Virus record (IMG/VR): IMGVR_UViG_3300028025_002789
Location: 33,729-97,728 of that record
Length of the DNA: 64,000 bases
Origin: a virus
Reading direction: 5' to 3' (one strand)
Shown: piece by piece, positions 58,643-64,000 of the stretch
Position numbering within the stretch: position 1 is the first letter of the stretch
Layout: each line of letters opens with the position of its first letter
Notes under the pieces: generated by a model
What the model saw: the letters and a program-made list of their open reading frames with translations, nothing else
Told to the model about the DNA's origin: nothing
Databases searched by the model: none
Program-made: the position numbers and the translations under genes

Positions 58643-58812
58643 GAAAGCTAATTGATGGATCGGAAGTTGAAGAGTTTCAATTTCCAGTAAAGTTAGAAAT
58701 TAAGACTAAGGCTCCAGCTAAATGGAAACTTATAGATTTGGAAACTGGTCAAGAGTATATTGGATCTAATGTGGTTACCAAATATGGAAAATGGATAAGG
58801 ATGGATAAATAA
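58639..58812 (+). CDS. Hypothetical protein, 57 aa (not in ORF track)
   Basis: TK.P.KW.LID.ETG..Y.G; coupled on both sides. Confidence 0.7.
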   Translation: MRKLIDGSEVEEFQFPVKLEIKTKAPAKWKLIDLETGQEYIGSNVVTKYGKWIRMDK

Positions 58813-58952
58813 TGGGAAAGAATGGCCCTAAGCCAAAAGTACCTATGAATACAACTATTATAAGAGATGGTCGTATAGTAAGAATTAGAAAAGATGGAAC
58901 CGTAAAGGCTGACCTTGGCCCTTATGCTCAAAAACCACAGAAGAGTAAATAA
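58812..58952 (+). CDS. Basic microprotein, 46 aa (not in ORF track)
   Basis: IRDGRIVRIRKDGTVKA; TAATG coupling on both sides. Confidence 0.7.
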   Translation: MGKNGPKPKVPMNTTIIRDGRIVRIRKDGTVKADLGPYAQKPQKSK

Positions 58953-59263
58953 TGATTAAGCCAATTGGCGCAATGCTTTTAGTTAAAGAAAATGAAGTAA
59001 CAGATAAGAAAACCACAAGCGGATTAGTTATTTCAGCAGCTTTTGCAGATGTTGGCCCCAAGAGTGGCAAAGTAATAGACATTGGCGATGGCGAATATAA
59101 CTATAAAGGTGATCTAATTCCTGTTAATGGAATAGACATTGGTGATACTGTATTCTATCAGGATCATAGCGGAACTGATATAGAAGATGAAGATAACACA
59201 AAGTACCTACTTATAAATGCTAAGAATATATTAGCCATAAAGGTAGAGAATCCTACAGAATAA
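58952..59263 (+). CDS. groES: GroES co-chaperonin
   Basis: IKPIG..LLV, T.SGLVI, G.V..IG.G, GD.V.Y, ILA. Confidence 0.9.
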   Translation: MIKPIGAMLLVKENEVTDKKTTSGLVISAAFADVGPKSGKVIDIGDGEYNYKGDLIPVNGIDIGDTVFYQDHSGTDIEDEDNTKYLLINAKNILAIKVENPTE

Positions 59264-59271
59264 TATACAAT

Positions 59272-59403
59272 ATGTTTAATAGATTGAAGTGTATGTATAA
59301 AGGTCATAGCCTAAAACAGGCTGGCACATGTCCGTATACAGGATCAACATATGATTTCTGTGAAAGATGTGATTATATGATACCAAGAGAAATGGCAGAG
59401 TAA
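59272..59403 (+). CDS. C/H zinc-binding microprotein, 43 aa (not in ORF track)
   Basis: C...GH......CP.TG.....CERC. Confidence 0.7.
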   Translation: MFNRLKCMYKGHSLKQAGTCPYTGSTYDFCERCDYMIPREMAE

Positions 59404-59855
59404 TGAAAAAAATAATAACTATATTAGTTTCTGTTGTCTTAGTAATGAGTATTTTTACAGTCATAAATAAGTCAAACAACGGATGTGCCACTGTTTATGT
59501 AGACTATGGTAAATTAAATAATGGCTTAAAAGAAACAAAATGCATTGATATATATGGCAGTACAGACGCCTTATCGCTTTTGAGCAAAGCTAACTATATA
59601 ATAGAAGGTACCAGAGAGTACGGTCAGGCTGTAGTCTGTAGAGTTAATGGGTTGCCAGACAAGTCTGTTGAAAGTTGTGACGTTATGCCACCAGCAAAGG
59701 CATATTGGGCGGTCATAATAAAGAAAAATCAAACTGTTCCACTTATCCCTAATGAATGGGGATGGGCACAAAAGGGAATTAACGAAACTTATTTATCTCC
59801 AGGAGACAAAATAGGCCTAGTATTTTCCACAGAGGAGGAAGTAAGATGGCCTTAA
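59403..59855 (+). CDS. Membrane-anchored DUF4430/transcobalamin-C-like beta-grasp protein (putative cobalamin binding)
   Basis: N-terminal TM; VD.G...C...AL..L..A......YG..VCRVNG.P...C...PP..AYW...W..A..G......PGD.IG..F. Confidence 0.6.
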   Translation: MKKIITILVSVVLVMSIFTVINKSNNGCATVYVDYGKLNNGLKETKCIDIYGSTDALSLLSKANYIIEGTREYGQAVVCRVNGLPDKSVESCDVMPPAKAYWAVIIKKNQTVPLIPNEWGWAQKGINETYLSPGDKIGLVFSTEEEVRWP

Positions 59856-59992
59856 GATTATTAGAAAAAGAAATTAAAACAAAAAATAAAGTTTCTGCTG
59901 ATATTGTTTTCCAATTGGCTTTAACTTTATTTGCTTTATACGTAGCCAATAAAATGAGCATAGATCTATGGCGATCTATTAGGGGTCACTAA
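59846..59992 (+). CDS. Single-TM microprotein, 48 aa (not in ORF track)
   Basis: SD GAGGAGG; IVFQLALTLFALYVA; coupled to pduO. Confidence 0.7.
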   Translation: MALRLLEKEIKTKNKVSADIVFQLALTLFALYVANKMSIDLWRSIRGH

Positions 59993-60534
59993 TGGTTCAT
60001 CTAACTCGTATTTATACTAAAACAGGCGACGACGGAAGCACAGGAATTGCCAATAATGAAAGAGTCTACAAGATATCTCCATTGATAGAGGCTATAGGTT
60101 CAGTAGATGAGGCTAATTCTGCAATTGGAATGTCTGTTGAATACTATAACGACATCATTGAAAGAATACAGAACGATCTGTTTGATCTAGGGGCAGAGCT
60201 TGCTGGATCTGATAAATTCAAAATAACAGATGATAGAATAGAATATCTGGAAAAGGTAATTGACGATTACAATGAATTTCTAGAGCCACTAAGATCGTTT
60301 GTTCTACCTACTGGTTCTTTGCATAACGCTAGAACGGTAGTTAGAAGGGCAGAAAGAGCTGTCTGGATGGTAATTGCAATTCATAATGAAAATGATGTTC
60401 AGATAAGCAAGAACATCCCAAAGTATTTAAATAGACTGTCTGACCTACTATTTGTTATGGCCAGATACCACAATAAGGATAAAGAAAAGTTGTGGGTTCA
60501 ACGAAGGGAAGAAAATGATAGACAAGATAGTTAG
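59992..60534 (+). CDS. pduO: ATP:cob(I)alamin adenosyltransferase, PduO type
   Basis: IYTKTGDDGST, G.VDEANS, IQNDLFDLGAEL, F.LP, ARTVVRRAER, YLNRLSDLLFVMAR. Confidence 0.95.
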   Translation: MVHLTRIYTKTGDDGSTGIANNERVYKISPLIEAIGSVDEANSAIGMSVEYYNDIIERIQNDLFDLGAELAGSDKFKITDDRIEYLEKVIDDYNEFLEPLRSFVLPTGSLHNARTVVRRAERAVWMVIAIHNENDVQISKNIPKYLNRLSDLLFVMARYHNKDKEKLWVQRREENDRQDS

Positions 60535-60799
60535 TCTTCTATTTAGATGGTCTTCTTTAAGAGAAGCGCTATTTAATGAAGTTCGATTCTATGATGCTTT
60601 AGATGCAGGTATTCAGGATGAAACTCCTGGTGCTAAATTCTGGCAGGATCAAGACGGATGGAGATGGTGGAAGTATAATGAAATTAATAACAGATACATA
60701 TTCAATGATGTCCCATCACGGTCAGCATTTGAAACAATAAATGAATTTGATTCGGAGGAAGAAAATGCTATATCACAAGCATTTATTAGTAAACGCTAA
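60515..60799 (+). CDS. Hypothetical protein
   Basis: MIDKIVSLLFRW...; overlaps both neighbours. Confidence 0.6.
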   Translation: MIDKIVSLLFRWSSLREALFNEVRFYDALDAGIQDETPGAKFWQDQDGWRWWKYNEINNRYIFNDVPSRSAFETINEFDSEEENAISQAFISKR

Positions 60800-61145
60800 A
60801 GTAAAGAACCCTATTAATACAGAGGAACAGGGCATAGAGTTCCTCAAAGATTTAGTAAACCAGATTGATATGAAGATCATTAAGGGTCCATTTGCCAGTT
60901 ATGTAGACAAGGACGGAAACAAGGGTCTTACAGCTATTGTAATGATAGAGACAAGCCATATAGCCTTCCATATCTGGGATGAGGTAGACCCAGGGTTAAT
61001 CCAATTCGATCTATATACATGTGGCCAATTAGATCTAGATAAGGTAATGTCGATATTTAAGAATACCTTTGATGTACAGTCATTAGATTATGTTCTATTT
61101 GATAGAGAGCACGGATTCAAGGTTGAGGCAAACGGGAGTCTATAA
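60765..61145 (+). CDS. speD: Pyruvoyl-dependent S-adenosylmethionine decarboxylase-like protein
   Basis: HLL, GLT....ETSHIAFH.W, DLYTCG; SD GGAGG. Confidence 0.82.
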   Translation: MLYHKHLLVNAKVKNPINTEEQGIEFLKDLVNQIDMKIIKGPFASYVDKDGNKGLTAIVMIETSHIAFHIWDEVDPGLIQFDLYTCGQLDLDKVMSIFKNTFDVQSLDYVLFDREHGFKVEANGSL

Positions 61146-61297
61146 TGGATAAACCTATATTAGTTGAGACAATTGAGAAGGCTTTTGAAGCATCTAAGAT
61201 CCCAGGGTATAAGCAGAATCCACCAGATTGGTGTGATGATTGTGTTGCTGCTCCAGGTGGAGAGTGTCCAGATTGTGGATGCACACACAATTGTTAA
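61145..61297 (+). CDS. Cys-rich microprotein, 50 aa (not in ORF track)
   Basis: CDDC...CPDCGCTHNC; TAATG coupling. Confidence 0.7.
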   Translation: MDKPILVETIEKAFEASKIPGYKQNPPDWCDDCVAAPGGECPDCGCTHNC

Positions 61298-61305
61298 GGC
61301 TATAA

Positions 61306-61599
61306 ATGGCATACGCTAGATTCTCAGATTATGATATCTATATCTATCCCCATGTTGGAGGATGGATCGAATGTTCAGCATGCTTCTTGGTTCAACCAGA
61401 GGATGAATACACCCTATTCTCAGCATCTGAAGCTATACATGACGATGAGACTTTATTAGTACATATACTACAGCATAGAATCATAGGGCACAATATCCCA
61501 GATGACCTAGAGCACCAGATCTTGGCAGATCCAAATAGGTACGGTAAGTATAAGGCTAGCAAAGAGCCTAAAGAATACTCTGAAGATGAACTATGGTAA
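61306..61599 (+). CDS. Hypothetical protein
   Basis: MAYARF..D.Y....GG...CSAC...H...H...GH.IP. Confidence 0.7.
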   Translation: MAYARFSDYDIYIYPHVGGWIECSACFLVQPEDEYTLFSASEAIHDDETLLVHILQHRIIGHNIPDDLEHQILADPNRYGKYKASKEPKEYSEDELW

Positions 61600-61660
61600 A
61601 TATATTAGCTAATATAGGTCCCAATTAGTGAAATCGAAAAGTGCGGCGGGAGAGAACCCT

Positions 61661-61852
61661 ATGGATGATACTCATCCCCTATATACCTATAGCTTTATAT
61701 GCATGAAAGACAAGTCAACAATGAATCTAGAGATATCAAGGGAGTTAGACTATATTCCTAAATGTCTCAAATGTAATGGCAATATGATCCTGAGATACTC
61801 CATAAACAATGATGGAGAAATATGGATGAATCAAGCCATACTTCATGACTAA
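61661..61852 (+). CDS. Zinc-ribbon-like small protein
   Basis: Y.Y..C...PKCLKC...M; SD GGAG before ATG 61661. Confidence 0.55.
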   Translation: MDDTHPLYTYSFICMKDKSTMNLEISRELDYIPKCLKCNGNMILRYSINNDGEIWMNQAILHD

Positions 61853-62131
61853 TATTCTAGTTGACTAGGATTATATAGATATTATAAAACGGGGGGCAAG
61901 GACAAAAGAGATGATTACTACACATAGACCTATAAGCACTATATCCAAGATACTCTGCCTATACTTGCATCTATCAATTTTGATCACAGGCACAGCCATA
62001 TTTACTCATATCATGCAGCTTGATCCACATAGATAATTTGCAACTAACTCCTATATCCCCCCGCATTTAAACACCTCTCTAATAGGCATATAGAGCCTTT
62101 TAAAGCTATTTCTAGAGTATATCTACTAAAA

Positions 62132-62173
62132 CAAATACTACTAATTAGATAGCAAATACTACTATTAAGATAG
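62132..62173. repeat. 2 x 21-bp tandem repeat
   Basis: CAAATACTACTAATTAGATAG / CAAATACTACTATTAAGATAG. Confidence 0.8.
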
Positions 62174-62270
62174 ATAGAGTATATACATGTAATTGGACGA
62201 ATCTCCACAACTCCCCATAATCCTCCACTTTGACCCATATGTAGCATATCGCTACGAATTTGTCAATACA

Positions 62271-62495
62271 TTTCAGGGATTTTTTTATATGTCTCGTAAA
62301 TGGCATATTTGGCCCATATTGTCAAGCTTCAGGGGCATATAATATGTCCTCGTAAACGAGTAAATTTGCCCCCAATTCTGATCAATTCTATATAGATTCT
62401 ATTTAACTCTAATAGGATAATTAGACTTATATATCATATTCTCCTAGATTTTCAGGGATTTTTTATAGCTTGTCGTAAAGGGGAAATTTTGCCCC
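62271..62495 (-). repeat. Three copies of an approximately 45-bp motif (fourth core copy at 63334-63355)
   Basis: TTCAGGG...TCGTAAA-N11-GCCC with cores at 62294, 62350, 62473. Confidence 0.85.
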
Positions 62496-62607
62496 TATGT
62501 GAATACATACAAAAGGGACATATATCACAATCTGGGCAATTAACCCAAATCGGACATATGTCCCATATTGTTTATACTTGTCTATATACTAGAAGGCAAG
62601 GGAGCTT

Positions 62608-63015
62608 TTATAGCCCGCCGACCATTGCATTGCTGTTAGCGAATGGATCTCTGTATTCTTCGTGTAGCCAGGAATTTCTTGAGGTGGAAGTCTCAGGGTC
62701 AGGTAAATCCCTAATAATCTTCTTAGTCTCCTGTGGTAATTTTAGATTCTCTAACTTGTATTGCTTGGATAACATATTCATATGAGAGTTTAATTCATTA
62801 GAGATGAATAGACCCTCAGATGTGATACCTTGCTCAAAGTCTGCCTTATAGCGTTTGCTATTAAACTTCAGCAGATGAGCAACAATTTCCATAATTCGGT
62901 CAATTGTGAAATGTGGTTGATTAGACAATAGATGTGCCAATATTGCTGGATTAAACCAATGGTCATCTACTGCATTTGCTATTGACTCTGCTAGTTTAGT
63001 TTCAGTTGTTTTCAT
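62608..63015 (-). CDS. Hypothetical protein
   Basis: SD GAAAGG and its own promoter. Confidence 0.75.
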   Translation of the reverse strand: MKTTETKLAESIANAVDDHWFNPAILAHLLSNQPHFTIDRIMEIVAHLLKFNSKRYKADFEQGITSEGLFISNELNSHMNMLSKQYKLENLKLPQETKKIIRDLPDPETSTSRNSWLHEEYRDPFANSNAMVGGL

Positions 63016-63038
63016 ATCCGCCTTTCTTAGAACCTTGA

Positions 63039-63090
63039 ATTGTATCAGAAAATGTGGGGAAGGTCAAGACCTTCATCCTAACCCTCCCCA
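63039..63090 (-). terminator. Terminator hairpin overlapping the next promoter (minus strand)
   Basis: TGGGGAGGGTTAGGA-loop-TCTTGACCTTCCCCA-CATTTT containing TTGACC-N17-TACAAT. Confidence 0.7.
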
Positions 63091-63097
63091 ACTCTAT

Positions 63098-63244
63098 TTA
63101 CTTCTTTGGAGCTTTAGCTTCCGCCTCGAACTTTACACCAGACTTCTCAGCTTCTGAGATTGCCTTGATCGCAGCTGATGAGAATCGCCCACGAGCTCCT
63201 ACTGTAATGCCATTTGATTTTAGATATTCACGCTTTGTTGCCAT
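63098..63244 (-). CDS. Lsr2 C-terminal DNA-binding-domain-like protein, 48 aa (not in ORF track)
   Basis: KREYLKSNGITVGARGRFS resembles Lsr2 REWA..NG..VS.RGRI; SD GAAAGGA; own promoter and terminator. Confidence 0.7.
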   Translation of the reverse strand: MATKREYLKSNGITVGARGRFSSAAIKAISEAEKSGVKFEAEAKAPKK

Positions 63245-63273
63245 AGTATTAGATCCTTTCAGTGATCTCTTTT

Positions 63274-63302
63274 ATTATATCAGCTACCTACGATTCTGTA
63301 AA
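63274..63302 (-). promoter_or_regulatory. SigA promoter of the Lsr2-like gene
   Basis: TTTACA-N17-TATAAT with extended TG. Confidence 0.75.
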
Positions 63303-63344
63303 TAGCCCTGGTTCCGCCGATTTTTATTTACTCTCGTAAATTAG

Positions 63345-63482
63345 TTAGTCTGCCCCCGTGATCTTTTGAAATTCAAGATCAGTAATTAATTTAGCAATGA
63401 TGTTGTGAGCTTCGATGTTCTCCGTTTCGGAGCCACCCCACAAAAGCTGCTGGGCCTTGTTTAGTCGATCATTAATATACAT
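63345..63482 (-). CDS. Hypothetical protein, 45 aa (not in ORF track)
   Basis: MYINDRLNKAQQLLWGGSETENIEAHNII...; abuts the upstream stop. Confidence 0.6.
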   Translation of the reverse strand: MYINDRLNKAQQLLWGGSETENIEAHNIIAKLITDLEFQKITGAD

Positions 63483-63483
63483 G

Positions 63484-63879
63484 CTACTCATCCACGACAT
63501 CTGTTTCCTCTTCCTCATCTAGCCAAGCGTCCTCTTCCAGTATGGCGAGGAATTCGTTATCAATCATCCAGTCAAGGACTGCTTCATCAACCTGCTCTGC
63601 TCCGTACTCCAATGTGAAATCGGAAGGCGGGTTATTCCAGAGTTTATCCCAGATAATATCTAAGGTAGTCCCATTTGTAACTATGTAGTCAGACATCTCA
63701 TCAACAAATTCATATGTCTTATATTTGTCTCTAATTAAATCCCATACCCACAGCCATACTAATGACATTCCTATAGGCATATGATTTAACTGGTCGACCA
63801 TTTGGTCCAACTGCATTTTAATCTGTGGACCTATATTCTCGACCTTCTTTAAGTCTAATGATTCTATCTTAGTTGTCAT
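63484..63879 (-). CDS. Acidic hypothetical protein
   Basis: SD GAAAGGA before ATG 63879. Confidence 0.7.
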   Translation of the reverse strand: MTTKIESLDLKKVENIGPQIKMQLDQMVDQLNHMPIGMSLVWLWVWDLIRDKYKTYEFVDEMSDYIVTNGTTLDIIWDKLWNNPPSDFTLEYGAEQVDEAVLDWMIDNEFLAILEEDAWLDEEEETDVVDE

Positions 63880-64000
63880 TGCTTTTCCTTTCATTAATAG
63901 CGAATGCTAAATTATACGTTAGAGCATAGACTTCTGTCAATGCGTCCATTTGGCCTTCCCAATATGTTCGCTCCATGCTGTCCATTGCTTCTTCTGTTTC
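63869..64000 (-). CDS. Hypothetical protein (5' truncated by window end)
   Basis: Open frame ...AMDSMERTYWEGQMDALTEVY...ERKSNDN*. Confidence 0.6.
   Translation of the reverse strand, partial: ETEEAMDSMERTYWEGQMDALTEVYALTYNLAFAINERKSNDN

Noticed and set aside
59264-59402. Cobalamin riboswitch upstream of the B12 module
   Set aside because: No B12-box-like sequence; the space is filled by a coupled 43-aa ORF.
2984-60000. Numerous minus-strand ORFs in the track (e.g. 4056-4742, 24017-24559)
   Set aside because: They are antisense shadows of well-supported + strand genes, with no SD or recognisable motifs.
61911-62036. 41-codon hydrophobic ORF
   Set aside because: Weak SD and atypical composition; not supportable without homologues.
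62044-63305. Track ORFs 62044-62247(-), 62489-62785(+) and 63054-63305(+)
   Set aside because: No initiation signals; the latter two are antisense to better-supported minus-strand genes, including the Lsr2-like ORF.
1-64000. Stop-codon reassignment or tRNA genes
   Set aside because: Core genes are intact in the standard code with all three stops used; no cloverleaf with a T-loop was seen in the intergenic gaps.

Overview
A 64 kb, AT-rich segment of a large lytic siphovirus-type dsDNA phage. The host is very likely an actinobacterium, plausibly a freshwater lineage: the window has WhiB, an Lsr2-like protein, an MSMEG_6728-type glycosylase, many leaderless genes, and a DnaE-based gene order like the large Streptomyces-type siphoviruses. 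Layout on the + strand: head module (portal, protease/scaffold, major capsid), neck, tail tube, -1 frameshifted tail chaperone, 2151-aa tape measure, tail tip and fibre (to about 26.6 kb); replication/recombination module (phosphoesterase, DnaB, DnaG, SSB, DnaE, MazG-like, RecA, two resolvases, Cas4-like nuclease); terminase; then a long accessory region (Hsp20, nuclease, surface and lysis proteins, WhiB, two proteasome-beta-like Ntn proteases, subtilase, thioredoxin, S-layer-like protein, GroES, B12-binding-like protein with PduO, SpeD). The strand switches near 62 kb at a repeat-bearing non-coding region. About 15 real-looking small ORFs are missing from the supplied track. Best leads: (1) a capsid cargo-targeting and processing code shared between the scaffold and an unlinked protein; (2) a cobalamin capture and adenosylation module; (3) a structured RNA with a pseudoknot at 44.2-44.3 kb; (4) a fixed-spacing GGGC-N11-TTTACGA motif confined to the right-end region; (5) a minimal Lsr2 DNA-binding domain. 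All family calls are by motif recognition; no database search was run. I saw no tRNA, CRISPR array, integrase or intein.
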